From the NCBI GenBank assembly GCA_035292785.1, contig DATDPK010000032.1, positions 1 to 50,055 of the forward strand: a stretch of 50,055 bases of DNA, in the 5' to 3' direction. This DNA comes from Candidatus Nanoarchaeia archaeon. GTDB taxonomy: Archaea > Nanobdellota > Nanobdellia > Woesearchaeales > ARS49. Positions within the stretch are counted from its first letter, which is position 1; each line of letters begins with the position of its first letter. A program made the translations under genes and the position numbers. The notes under the pieces were generated by a model. That model saw nothing but the letters and a program-made list of their open reading frames with translations. It had not been told where the DNA came from and made no database searches. This document shows, in pieces, positions 41,409 to 50,055 of this stretch.

Positions 41409-42121
41409 TCTTCCCCAAAAATAAAACTCTTAGCCCAGCGAACCAAAAAGAAACTTTTCTTCCTGCCGGATTTCTTTGCTTTGACAACAGGTGCTTTCTC
41501 AACTTTCTTAACCACTTCAACCTTTGGCCCTGCAACTTTTGGCTTTGAAATTGATTTCTTGACCTGCTTCTCAATCTTAATCTCAACTTTCGGCTCCTGT
41601 TGGACTTTGATTTCGACCTTTGCAATCTTTGGTTTCTCAAGCTTTATTTTCCTGACCTTCTCAACCTTTGCCTTCTTATCCTCTTCAGGAGGCTCAAATG
41701 GTTCTGGCTCAGGCATAGGCTCGGGCTCTGGAAAAGGATGAGGTGAAGGAGGAACTGGAGGCCTTGGCTCCCTGTACTTCTCAGGCAAAAATTGCGAGCC
41801 AATCTCTTCTGAAACACCCTTGCAAAAATGCTTTGTCTTAGTCTCTATCTCTTCGCCCTCGCTTGGAAATGCCTCTTCTGCAAGCTCAAATAATTCAACC
41901 GCGCGCTGAACTTCCTTAGAAAAATCATCCTTTGAAACGCCAAGAATAAAACGTGCACGCATTGTGGTGGCAAGATACTTGACTTCTTTCAAAACATCCT
42001 TTGGAATAGAATCGCTCTGCTCCCAGCCGCTTTCTATCCTGCTTTCAAGCCAGGAAAAATAAGGGCCAATCCTTCTGGAAAAAACATCCATATCAAATTC
42101 AGATATCATCTCTTGCGACAT
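41405..42121 (-). CDS. Hypothetical protein with PEPEP and K/V/E-rich repeat tracts
   Basis: Helical N-domain followed by PHPFPEPEPMPEPEPFEPPEE and KVEKVRKIKLEKPKIAKVEIKVQQEPKVEIKIEKQVKK. Confidence 0.5.
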   Translation of the reverse strand: MSQEMISEFDMDVFSRRIGPYFSWLESRIESGWEQSDSIPKDVLKEVKYLATTMRARFILGVSKDDFSKEVQRAVELFELAEEAFPSEGEEIETKTKHFCKGVSEEIGSQFLPEKYREPRPPVPPSPHPFPEPEPMPEPEPFEPPEEDKKAKVEKVRKIKLEKPKIAKVEIKVQQEPKVEIKIEKQVKKSISKPKVAGPKVEVVKKVEKAPVVKAKKSGRKKSFFLVRWAKSFIFGED

Positions 42122-42228
42122 AAGAACGAGTTGCAGTATGCTTGCTTTTAAATGTTACGCAAAATTTCATATAGAAGTTAGATATTGCAGAAATTATGAA
42201 TGCTTACAAAAAGTTCTTCACTCAGAAT

Positions 42229-43011
42229 TCAATAAATTAAAGTGCTGTCGTGAACAATGGCAAGCTCTCTTGAATCAGTATCGTAAGTGCAATAATAGCC
42301 GAGTTCTGCGGAGCCGGGAAAAATCACTGTTTCCCTGTCTGCCTCAAGAACACACTTTGTGCTCCTAAGACTGCCTTTCTCGCCATATCTTTCTGGAGGA
42401 ATCACTTTAGGCACGGCCGAGCCACCCCGCATTTCCCATAATGTTGCCAGTCTCCACTTGCCGATAAAATGCACAAAATAATCTCCATACATCGGGAATA
42501 ATCCGCCTATAACTTTTTTCATACTGCGGCCGTAATGGTGAGCGACATCATCATCAGTAAGCAAATGCAAACGCCTCTCGTTATCTGTTTTCCTGCTCAA
42601 GACATCAGGGTCATTGGCCTCTATTCCTGAATTTTCTTCGAGCCAAGGCAAAAAAACCATTTTGCCTTCATCCCTCTGCAATCTTAGATAAAAAGAACGG
42701 ATGAATGCCAGATTTTCATCACCAATCTTGTGATATGCAGGATGACCCTTGCTTTTCTTATGAATATTCAAATAAGTCGCCTCATTGTGGCCTCGAAGCA
42801 GCCTGAAAGCCTTCTTGCCGTTTTCATCACAAATTTGCAGCTGCTTTCTGACAAGATCAAGGCACCTTAAACTGCCTTCAAGATCTCTATGGTCGCGCAA
42901 ATTGTATGCAATCACGTTTCCAAGACAGACGTGCACAGCTGCCTCAACCTCAAGCAACCCTTCCAAGGTTGCAATATTGCCATTAACCCCCTGAAATATA
43001 ACAAATTTCAT
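42229..43011 (-). CDS. Calcineurin/PPP-like metallophosphoesterase fold with substituted catalytic motifs (putative pseudo-enzyme)
   Basis: FVIFQGVNGN (in place of GDxHG), CLGNVIAYN (in place of GDxxDRG) and LLRGHNEATY (in place of LRGNHE). Confidence 0.4.
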   Translation of the reverse strand: MKFVIFQGVNGNIATLEGLLEVEAAVHVCLGNVIAYNLRDHRDLEGSLRCLDLVRKQLQICDENGKKAFRLLRGHNEATYLNIHKKSKGHPAYHKIGDENLAFIRSFYLRLQRDEGKMVFLPWLEENSGIEANDPDVLSRKTDNERRLHLLTDDDVAHHYGRSMKKVIGGLFPMYGDYFVHFIGKWRLATLWEMRGGSAVPKVIPPERYGEKGSLRSTKCVLEADRETVIFPGSAELGYYCTYDTDSRELAIVHDSTLIY

Positions 43012-43097
43012 TGTTAATGCCAGAATAAGACGGGGATTATAATAATTTTAGGAATTTTTTTGGCTTAATTTGGCATAGATTTATAAATGATAAAATC

Positions 43098-43562
43098 ATG
43101 GATATAGATATGGATGTGGGGTATATAATAAACAAAATAATGAACGAAGAAGACCCGCGTGACTTATTTGAAGTACCGGTCGCATTAGGTTTAGATGATG
43201 TTCCAATTGATGCTTTGCCTAGTGCTGCTCAAAAGGCCGGCGTTGTGAACCAGCTTGGCGCCTTGGTCGATTTAACACTGGAATGCATTATCCCACTATC
43301 CCATCCACGTTACGCTGTATTAAGAGCATTAAGCGCTACATTGTATCCAGATAGAGAACCAGGCGTGCAGCCATTTTATGGCCAAGAACATCCTGACCTG
43401 GTAAGAGTTGTAGAAAGACGTATGGAGACATTAAATGACCCGCGCGTATATAGGATATTAAAAAAGTGGGGGTTGACTGGAGTAATAGACCCCATAAAAT
43501 CCAAGCAGGTATACGAACAAGAATATGAGGATAGACAAGCAGCGACAAGCAGACATTCTTAA
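43098..43562 (+). CDS. Hypothetical protein (possible partner of the downstream NTase)
   Basis: 154-aa ORF. Its 3' end overlaps the next ORF by 38 nt. Confidence 0.4.
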   Translation: MDIDMDVGYIINKIMNEEDPRDLFEVPVALGLDDVPIDALPSAAQKAGVVNQLGALVDLTLECIIPLSHPRYAVLRALSATLYPDREPGVQPFYGQEHPDLVRVVERRMETLNDPRVYRILKKWGLTGVIDPIKSKQVYEQEYEDRQAATSRHS

Positions 43563-44106
43563 TTCAATCAATGAACTGCTCAAAAAAAGAGGTGTGCGCG
43601 GAACTGCATACCTGTTTGGCGGAAGCAGTCTTATTTCACAGGACATCATATCAAGAACGACTAAAGATGTTGACTTCTTTCTTCTGGCTCTGAATGAGTT
43701 TAAAGAAATAAGCGACAATATAAAAGCAGAAATGCTAAAACAGTTTAACGTCAAAGTTGATATAGGATTAAACGGCCAGTTTGAGATAGACGCAAAAGGA
43801 TTCACGTGGATTCTGCCAAGCAGTGCTTATTCAAGGGCGACACATATAATAAAATTTTCAAATTTAGATATATTTGCTCTTAATCCTATTGATATTGTTG
43901 TATTAAAATGCGACCGCCTTGACAAAAAAGATCAAAAAGATATTGAAACAATACTTAAAACATTGAGACCGGATAAAAACGTGCTCATTGAACTATTTGA
44001 AGAATACTACAAACTTCTAAAAGGCAATCCAACGTCCATTGACAACATCAGAGAAAATTTTCATCAACTTGTTTTAACTATTTATGACATGGTAATGAAA
44101 AAATAA
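43525..44106 (+). CDS. Nucleotidyltransferase-fold protein (AbiEii/DUF6036-like)
   Basis: AYLFGGSSLISQDIISRTTKDVDFFL fits the GG.a.......R.T.DiD pattern of that NTase group as I recall it. Confidence 0.45.
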   Translation: MRIDKQRQADILNSINELLKKRGVRGTAYLFGGSSLISQDIISRTTKDVDFFLLALNEFKEISDNIKAEMLKQFNVKVDIGLNGQFEIDAKGFTWILPSSAYSRATHIIKFSNLDIFALNPIDIVVLKCDRLDKKDQKDIETILKTLRPDKNVLIELFEEYYKLLKGNPTSIDNIRENFHQLVLTIYDMVMKK

Positions 44107-44108
44107 TC

Positions 44109-44264
44109 CTATCTCGGCTTATGAGCTTTTGTGGAAGGGGTTTCGCAGGTGCAGAAATCCTTGCCAAATTTGCAGTATGGGCAGGTTGATTCCAATGCTT
44201 TATCGCAGCACAGCCCTTTTTTGTCGTATATCTTGCCACAAGTGTGGCACTTGAAATTAGCCAT
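44109..44264 (-). CDS. Unannotated 51-aa zinc-ribbon-like protein (8 Cys)
   Basis: Hand translation gives MANFKCHTCGKIYDKKGLCCDKALESTCPYCKFGKDFCTCETPSTKAHKPR with CxxC...CxxC. CTTTAAATAG lies about 28 nt upstream of the ATG at 44264. It is below the ORF-track size cutoff. Confidence 0.45.
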   Translation of the reverse strand: MANFKCHTCGKIYDKKGLCCDKALESTCPYCKFGKDFCTCETPSTKAHKPR

Positions 44265-44373
44265 ATTGCATAGGTAATAGCGGGTCTATTTAAAGCTTAT
44301 TCGTTATAAATATACTACTATATAGTGACTACAAAGCGAAAGGTTTATATAGTGGAATAGTGTAACTTATCGT

Positions 44374-44772
44374 ATGACTGACATAGCAGAACAGTTTAGA
44401 ATGGCGCACGAGCAGGTTACCCTAGACCCTGCTGCAAGGGACGCCTGCTTTAAACAATGCTATAAAGACGGCTTGTTTGGCGCAACTGCAGAAAATGATG
44501 CGAGAAACCAATTCAACCAAGATATTTGCGGTAATCGAACCGCATTTCGTTACATTGCCCATTATTTGCCGCTTGCGAGAAAGGCAAGACATAACCAGAC
44601 TCACTTTGAACGCGCAGTCCAAGTTGGAGCAGTAGGTCTTGCTGCGCTTATCGGTATGTATGCTCTGGACACAAAAATAGACACTGAGTGGCTTGTTAAG
44701 AACGTGGGCGGAGCAGCATTGATTGTTGCAGGCCTTGGTGTTGCAGCATACGGTTTAACCAGAAGGAGCTGA
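44374..44772 (+). CDS. Hypothetical protein with two C-terminal TM helices
   Basis: 132 aa. GTTTATATAG lies about 25 nt upstream. Confidence 0.45.
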   Translation: MTDIAEQFRMAHEQVTLDPAARDACFKQCYKDGLFGATAENDARNQFNQDICGNRTAFRYIAHYLPLARKARHNQTHFERAVQVGAVGLAALIGMYALDTKIDTEWLVKNVGGAALIVAGLGVAAYGLTRRS

Positions 44773-44773
44773 A

Positions 44774-45022
44774 ATGCCCCTTGATACAACTGTCAAATTT
44801 CTAGCAGCAGCCTGCCCAACAATAATCGGCGGAATATGGCTTTATGACAGGCTTCCGGATGTTGGAAAGCCAACAGCATTAGCCGCAACAGCAGCAGCAA
44901 TCATCATAGAAGCATACTATCTTGGCGGACTAAAGAAGAAAGGCGACACCTTAGTAGACCCACCGAGCAACAAAGATTCCTGGTCGCCATTAAAAAGTTT
45001 ATACGACTCTCTATTCAAGTAA
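44774..45022 (+). CDS. Small two-TM membrane protein
   Basis: 82 aa. GGAG Shine-Dalgarno site lies 5 nt upstream. It starts 2 nt after the upstream stop. Confidence 0.45.
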   Translation: MPLDTTVKFLAAACPTIIGGIWLYDRLPDVGKPTALAATAAAIIIEAYYLGGLKKKGDTLVDPPSNKDSWSPLKSLYDSLFK

Positions 45023-45026
45023 TAGA

Positions 45027-45121
45027 TAATTGACGAAATAATGAGAAATTTGCGTCAATTACCTAATAAGCAAGTTGAGTGAATCCTTATTAAAATAAGT
45101 ATAATATTGACTCAACTTGCT
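45027..45121. other. Two consecutive long inverted repeats between the membrane-protein pair and the ileS promoter
   Basis: TAATTGACG/CGTCAATTA (45027-45061, 17-nt loop). AGCAAGTTGAGT/ACTCAACTTGCT (45069-45121, 29-nt loop containing a nested CTTAT-TAAA-ATAAG hairpin). Confidence 0.6.
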
Positions 45122-45132
45122 ATAACCGATGT

Positions 45133-45142
45133 CTTTTTAAAT
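45133..45142 (+). promoter_or_regulatory. TATA box of ileS (leaderless layout)
   Basis: CTTTTTAAAT is centred about 27 nt upstream of the ATG at 45165. Confidence 0.55.
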
Positions 45143-45164
45143 CACATATTTCTCTGTCGAATGT

Positions 45165-48100
45165 ATGCCAGCACAATATAATCCAAAAGTAATCGAGCCA
45201 GCAATACTGGACTTTTGGAAGCACAACAAGACATACGAAAAAGCCTCAAAAAAAGGCAAAAAAAGATTCTACTACTTGGACGGGCCACCATACACAACAG
45301 GAAAAATACACATAGGCCACGCCTGGGGAAAAGCACTAAGAGACGCAGTTCTAAGATACAAACGAATGAGCGGATTTCTTGTCTGGGACCAGCCAGGATT
45401 TGACATGCACGGGCTTCCAATAGAAGTCAGCGTGGAAAAAGAGCTTGGCATCAAGGACAAAAGAGAAATTATCAACAAATTCGGGCTCAAAAGATTCATA
45501 GAAGAATGCCAAAAATATTCACTAAGCCAGCTGTGGCCAATGGTCACAGACTTCAAACGCCTTGGCATATGGATGAACTGGGACAATCCATATATGACAA
45601 TAAAAAATGAATACATAGAAGGCGCGTGGTTTGCGCTCGCAGAAGCACACAAAAAAGAACTGCTATACCTCGGCAAAAAATCAATGACGTGGTGCCCGAG
45701 ATGCGCAACAGCACTGGCAAAACACGAACTTGAATACGAAAACAGAAAAGACGACAGCATATTTGTCAAACTGCCAGTTAAAGGAAAAAATAATGAATTC
45801 CTAATTGTATGGACAACGACACCCTGGACAATACCATTCAACCTCGCAGTAATGGCGCACCCAGACTTTGACTACGTCAAGGCAAAAGTAGACGACGAAG
45901 TCTGGATACTTGCAGAAGCATTAGCGCCAGGAGTAATAGGCGCAGTAGCAGGCAAACAATACAAAGTTCTTGAAAAAATAAAAGGAGAAAAACTTGCAGG
46001 GCTAAAATACGAACACCCATTCCTGAAAGAAATAAAATTCCAGGAAGAAGTCAGCAAACAAAAACACGCACACGAAGTCATACTATCGGAAAAATACGTG
46101 ACAACAGATGCAGGTTCTGGCTTAGTGCACTGCGCGCCAGGATGCGGACCAGAAGACTTTGAAGTCGGAAAAGAACACAAGCTCCCACCATTCAACGAAA
46201 CAGACGAACATGGATGCTTCAGCAAAGCAATGGGGCCACTGGCAGGAATGATTGCAAAAGCAGACGACGCACAATTCATACAACTGCTGGAAGACAAAGG
46301 ACTGCTCATCGCAACAACAAAAGTAGAACACGAATACGCACACTGCTGGAGATGCAAAACACCAGTCATATTCAGAGCAACAGACCAATGGTTCCTCGCA
46401 GTAGAAAAACTCAAAAAAGAAATGGTGGAGAAAAACAAAAAAGTTTACTGGGTGCCAGACTGGGCAGGAAACAAATGGTTTGACAGCTGGCTTAAATCAC
46501 TGCAGGACTGGTGCATAAGCAGGCAACGCTTCTGGGGAATACCGCTCCCAATATGGAGATGCATCTGCGGAGAAGTCAAAGTCATAGGAACAAGAATGGA
46601 ATTAAAGCAGTTATCAGGCAAAGAACTTGAAAACCTGCACAGGCCGTGGATTGACGAAATAGTGCTGAAATGCAAATGCGGAAAAGAAATGACAAGGGTA
46701 ACAGACGTTCTCGACGTATGGCTGGACAGCGGAGTAGCGCCCTGGGCAACACTCAATTATCCTTCAGACCCGAAAACATTTGTTGAATTTGGATTCCCAG
46801 ACCTAATACTTGAAGGAAAAGACCAAATCAGAGGATGGTTCAACAGCCTGATGTGCATGAGCATGGTAAGCTTTGGAAAAGTCCCATACAAAGCAGTATA
46901 CATGCACGGATTCATCAATGACACGCAAGGAAGAAAAATGTCAAAGTCATTGAAAAATATAATTTCCCCATACGAAATAATCGATACTTACGGGGCTGAT
47001 ACGCTAAGATATTACCAGATTGGCGGAGCACAGCCAGGATTAGACCTGAGCTTTAACCACGAAGATGCAAAAATCAAGTCAAAAAATCTCGGAGTATTGT
47101 GGAACCTGCACAATTTTGTCATTGAACTGGCAAAAGAACTCAAAACAAACCCAGAACAAATGGACGACGCAGTAATGAAAGCATTATGCGACGTGGAAGA
47201 ACGCTATATGCTCTCAAAAATGAACAGCTCGATAAAACAAACAACACAATTCTTTGAGGAATACAAGCTAAATGAAATTCCTTCGGTAATTGAAGAACTA
47301 TTCCTGACACTAAGCAGGACATACATACAAATGGTGCGAGACAAGGCAGCAATAGGCGAAGAAAATGAAAGAAAAGCAGTGCTGTACACGACTTACAAAG
47401 CATTGACAGAGTGCCTCAAATTATTCGCGCCAATAGCCCCATTCATAACAGAAGAAATCTGGCAGAACTTCAAGAAAGAATTCAAGCTAACAGAAGAAAG
47501 CATACACTTATGCAGCTGGCCAAAACAAAATCCAAAAGATATCAATGAAAAACTGGAAAAAAACATGGCGATAATTGGAAGCGTAATGCAGGGCATACTG
47601 GCATCAAGAGAAAAAGCAAAAATCAGCGTAAGATGGCCAATCAAATGCGTGCAAATAGTCACACAAAATGAAGATGTACTCAAAGCATTGGAAGAGCTTG
47701 AAGACATAATAAAGAATCAAACAAACTGCAAAGACGTGCACGGGCACAAAAACTTTGTCGAAATCGAGACGACAATAAAGCCAAACGCAGGCCCAATAGG
47801 AAAACAATTCGGCGCAAAAAGCCCAAAAATAATGGCAAAATTAGCCACGATGAGCGCAAAAAGCATACTCGCACAATTAGCCAAAGAGAACAAGTTTACA
47901 GTTGCCATAGACAAGGAAACAGTGGAATTGAACAAAGACCACATAATAACTGAGAGAGTTGTTCCAAAAAAATACATAGAAGTCGAATTCAAAGACGGGT
48001 TTGTCTATCTTGATACAGAACGTACAGCAGAACTTGAAGCAGAAGGCTTTGCAAGAGAAATAATGCGCAGAATACAGCAGCTACGAAAAGAAGCAGGGAT

Positions 48101-48296
48101 GCAAAAAACAGACAAAGCATTTGTGTACGTCCAAACAGAAGAAGTCAAGTCCTTGGAACCGTGGGTGCAGAAAATGGAAGAAAAATGCGCTGCAAAAATA
48201 AAGCTTGGAACAATAGACCCTGTTAAAAAACACCAGCATACAGCAGAACAAGCAATAAAGGACAAAACATTCAAACTATTCCTCGACAAACAGTAA
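45165..48296 (+). CDS. ileS: Isoleucine--tRNA ligase
   Basis: GKIHIGHAWG (HIGH motif), KMSKS, and the CP1 editing-domain motifs TTTPWT and CWRC. Confidence 0.95.
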   Translation: MPAQYNPKVIEPAILDFWKHNKTYEKASKKGKKRFYYLDGPPYTTGKIHIGHAWGKALRDAVLRYKRMSGFLVWDQPGFDMHGLPIEVSVEKELGIKDKREIINKFGLKRFIEECQKYSLSQLWPMVTDFKRLGIWMNWDNPYMTIKNEYIEGAWFALAEAHKKELLYLGKKSMTWCPRCATALAKHELEYENRKDDSIFVKLPVKGKNNEFLIVWTTTPWTIPFNLAVMAHPDFDYVKAKVDDEVWILAEALAPGVIGAVAGKQYKVLEKIKGEKLAGLKYEHPFLKEIKFQEEVSKQKHAHEVILSEKYVTTDAGSGLVHCAPGCGPEDFEVGKEHKLPPFNETDEHGCFSKAMGPLAGMIAKADDAQFIQLLEDKGLLIATTKVEHEYAHCWRCKTPVIFRATDQWFLAVEKLKKEMVEKNKKVYWVPDWAGNKWFDSWLKSLQDWCISRQRFWGIPLPIWRCICGEVKVIGTRMELKQLSGKELENLHRPWIDEIVLKCKCGKEMTRVTDVLDVWLDSGVAPWATLNYPSDPKTFVEFGFPDLILEGKDQIRGWFNSLMCMSMVSFGKVPYKAVYMHGFINDTQGRKMSKSLKNIISPYEIIDTYGADTLRYYQIGGAQPGLDLSFNHEDAKIKSKNLGVLWNLHNFVIELAKELKTNPEQMDDAVMKALCDVEERYMLSKMNSSIKQTTQFFEEYKLNEIPSVIEELFLTLSRTYIQMVRDKAAIGEENERKAVLYTTYKALTECLKLFAPIAPFITEEIWQNFKKEFKLTEESIHLCSWPKQNPKDINEKLEKNMAIIGSVMQGILASREKAKISVRWPIKCVQIVTQNEDVLKALEELEDIIKNQTNCKDVHGHKNFVEIETTIKPNAGPIGKQFGAKSPKIMAKLATMSAKSILAQLAKENKFTVAIDKETVELNKDHIITERVVPKKYIEVEFKDGFVYLDTERTAELEAEGFAREIMRRIQQLRKEAGMQKTDKAFVYVQTEEVKSLEPWVQKMEEKCAAKIKLGTIDPVKKHQHTAEQAIKDKTFKLFLDKQ

Positions 48297-48329
48297 CCTT
48301 TTTATAACTGTTATTATCTTTATTTCATT

Positions 48330-49049
48330 ATGAAAAAAGCAGTGATTTTATTGATATTATTGATTCCCTCAGTTCTTGGACAACTGGACTGGGCAGTAAC
48401 AGACTTAAGATGCGGAAACAACGTTCTTGACAAGTATGAACTATGCGAAAAAGAGGTTGAAGAATCAAGATGCGACCTTCTTGCAGAAAAATTAGGCATA
48501 GACATGGGCTGCTATGACCAGCACTGCACCTGCGTGCCGCGAATAAACCCGGTATACTGCGGAAACAACAGGCGCGACTTTAATGAAATGTGCGATGGAA
48601 CAGACGCAGATGACAAATGCGGAATTCTCGGAGAAATACTTGGAAACACCTCACTAAAATGCAATCCAAAAACCTGCGGATGCGACTTTGTCGAAACAAT
48701 AGGCAAAGACTACAATCCTGTTTACATTGAACAATTAACAAACGCATCACAAACCGCATCATCTTGCGGAGACAAGAAAGTTGAAAGAAACGAAGAATGC
48801 GACCCGCCAAACACACTGTGCGTCACAAACAAAAACGAACCAGGAGTATGCACGGAAAAATGCGAATGCATAGAACCTGAAATGATAGGCGTGGAAGAGC
48901 CAGCGACAACTGAAAATGTTACAATCCAGAATGAAACTGCAAATATTTCAACTGCGAATGTAACTGAAAACGCAACTGTTGAACCAACCGAAACAAAACC
49001 CGGCTTTTTCGGAAGAATATGGGCGTGGATTAAAGGACTATTCAGCTAA
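48330..49049 (+). CDS. Secreted protein with three 6-Cys repeats and a GFFxRIWxW C-terminal motif
   Basis: Signal peptide ..LIPSVLG|QL. Repeats start at RCGNNVLDKYELCEKE, YCGNNRRDFNEMCDG and SCGDKKVERNEECDPPN. An N-x-T-rich linker follows, and the protein ends KPGFFGRIWAWIKGLFS. Confidence 0.65.
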   Translation: MKKAVILLILLIPSVLGQLDWAVTDLRCGNNVLDKYELCEKEVEESRCDLLAEKLGIDMGCYDQHCTCVPRINPVYCGNNRRDFNEMCDGTDADDKCGILGEILGNTSLKCNPKTCGCDFVETIGKDYNPVYIEQLTNASQTASSCGDKKVERNEECDPPNTLCVTNKNEPGVCTEKCECIEPEMIGVEEPATTENVTIQNETANISTANVTENATVEPTETKPGFFGRIWAWIKGLFS

Positions 49050-49954
49050 TGAAATCTACTCTGATATTGGTGCTGCTGCTGTTAATAGCGTGCACACAAA
49101 CTCAAATACCGCAAGAACAACAGCAGACAACGCCACAAGAAGCACCGCAAGCGCCTGAAATAATACAACTCGGCAACGAACTGCCAACAAGAACAGTCAA
49201 GCAAACCAGCAGCAAAGGAACAACAGTATACGGCTTGTCTGAAGACAACAGGCTGCTGCGCGTGGAAAAAGATGTGATATGGGAATACGTTTATCAGGAT
49301 GGGACTCTAAATGAAATCAAAGGGCCAGAAAACATCGAATTTCTAAACGAAAGAAACAAACTAAGCGCAATAGACAGAGGATTCACAAAACTCAGATTCC
49401 TGTATGACTCACGAGGCAGAATAGTTGAACTGGCAGGAAGCGAGCCAAACCTGCACTTTGATTATGACAGCCTAGACTTACTGAGAGGCATAAGAAGAGG
49501 AGTGGCAGGAAAAACAAGCCTTGATTACGACAAGCAATACAAGATAAAGTATATTACCCGCGGACAGATTACGACAAATGTATTCTACGATGACAAGAAC
49601 AGAGTGAGGAATTTTGACGCAGATGACGTGAAATTTATTCTGGGTTATTGGCGCGATGACAAACTAATCAGCTTATCAGGAAAAACATTCGGGCAAGGGC
49701 TGACTGTAAGCTACGGGCCTGATGATAATCCAAATGAGGCAAAATTTGTGGCAGAATTCGACGACAGCACGTTTACATCTGCGTACAAAGATGCTTTGTA
49801 TTCGGTTGTGGACAAATATTTGTACTGTAAATATGTGCGCAGACTGCCTGATTTAATATTTGACGGAATTAGTTATACATTTTATGTCAATTATTTCAAG
49901 GGAGACATGCCGGGCTACATTGCACAGCAATTCGCCTGCACGCCAATACAATGA
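49049..49954 (+). CDS. Lipobox protein with YD/RHS-like repeats
   Basis: MKSTLILVLLLLIAC lipobox. FLYDSRGRIVEL, HFDYDSLDLLRGI and VFYDDKNRVRNF resemble the YD repeat (Y.YD..GR). TAATG overlap with the upstream gene. Confidence 0.6.
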   Translation: MKSTLILVLLLLIACTQTQIPQEQQQTTPQEAPQAPEIIQLGNELPTRTVKQTSSKGTTVYGLSEDNRLLRVEKDVIWEYVYQDGTLNEIKGPENIEFLNERNKLSAIDRGFTKLRFLYDSRGRIVELAGSEPNLHFDYDSLDLLRGIRRGVAGKTSLDYDKQYKIKYITRGQITTNVFYDDKNRVRNFDADDVKFILGYWRDDKLISLSGKTFGQGLTVSYGPDDNPNEAKFVAEFDDSTFTSAYKDALYSVVDKYLYCKYVRRLPDLIFDGISYTFYVNYFKGDMPGYIAQQFACTPIQ

Positions 49955-50055
49955 AAGACAAGCCATTAGCGGAATTAACGCTTCGAAAATATGAGAAGCC
50001 CTTTAGATTGTCAGGCAGAGAGCTGGTCAGAAAATTATGCCTAAGTCTTGGTTTA
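49951..50055 (+). CDS. 5' end of an ORF that runs off the window (function unknown)
   Basis: ATGA overlap with the preceding stop. The first 35 codons read MKDKPLAELTLRKYEKPFRLSGRELVRKLCLSLGL. Confidence 0.35.
   Translation, partial: MKDKPLAELTLRKYEKPFRLSGRELVRKLCLSLGL

Noticed and set aside
41299-41741. ORFs 41299..41640 (minus, alternative frame) and 41481..41741 (plus) in the K/E/P repeat region.
   Set aside because: They are frame-shifted or antisense readings of the repetitive 41405..42121 gene.
45272-48289. Multiple minus-strand ORFs inside ileS, for example 45272..45841 (189 aa) and 45872..46438 (188 aa).
   Set aside because: They are antisense shadows of ileS, with Ser/Cys/Phe-rich nonsense composition.
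1-50055. A search for CRISPR arrays, rRNA genes, transposases, integrases or obvious prophage modules.
   Set aside because: I did not see spaced direct repeats of 25-40 bp, rRNA-like conserved stretches, or DDE/tyrosine-recombinase motifs in any listed ORF. Their absence is judged by eye only.

Overview
Dense archaeal chromosomal window with about 68 protein-coding genes, 2 tRNA genes and very short intergenic spacers. I saw no rRNA, CRISPR array, transposase or integrase.

Evidence for an archaeal origin:
- ribosomal protein L10e/uL16
- ATP-dependent DNA ligase (KYDGER motif)
- tRNA genes without encoded CCA
- a bulge-helix-bulge type tRNA intron
- YTTTWWAWA TATA boxes centred about 25-28 nt upstream of many start codons, implying leaderless mRNAs
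- GAGGTGA Shine-Dalgarno sites in front of other genes

The small genes, many orphan secreted or membrane proteins and one giant surface protein suggest a small-genome DPANN-like archaeon. That taxonomic call is inference only.

Housekeeping genes recognised: ileS, lig, pgi, rpl10e, a DEAD-box helicase, NAD(P)HX dehydratase, a CBS-pair protein, a THUMP protein, a SAM methyltransferase, two HAD hydrolases, a wHTH-Nudix protein, an OsmC-like protein and tRNA-Leu(CAG).

Accessory content:
- a RelB/RelE toxin-antitoxin pair
- a 3-gene cassette: small coiled-coil protein, ImmA/IrrE-like HExxH protease with an S/Y/G-rich N-terminus, and a duplicated-NTase plus HEPN-like fusion
- an ArsR-controlled Met/His-rich metal cluster
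- a DUF4258/DUF2283-like toxin-antitoxin pair inside a 3-gene overlapping operon
- a 2284-aa sequon-saturated beta-helix surface protein with a TTG start
- several lipobox and 6-Cys-repeat secreted proteins

Most unusual single locus: a tRNA-like gene with anticodon GAA that carries a T-loop intron, a class-II-like 15-nt variable arm and G73.

All family assignments are motif recognition by eye; no searches were run.
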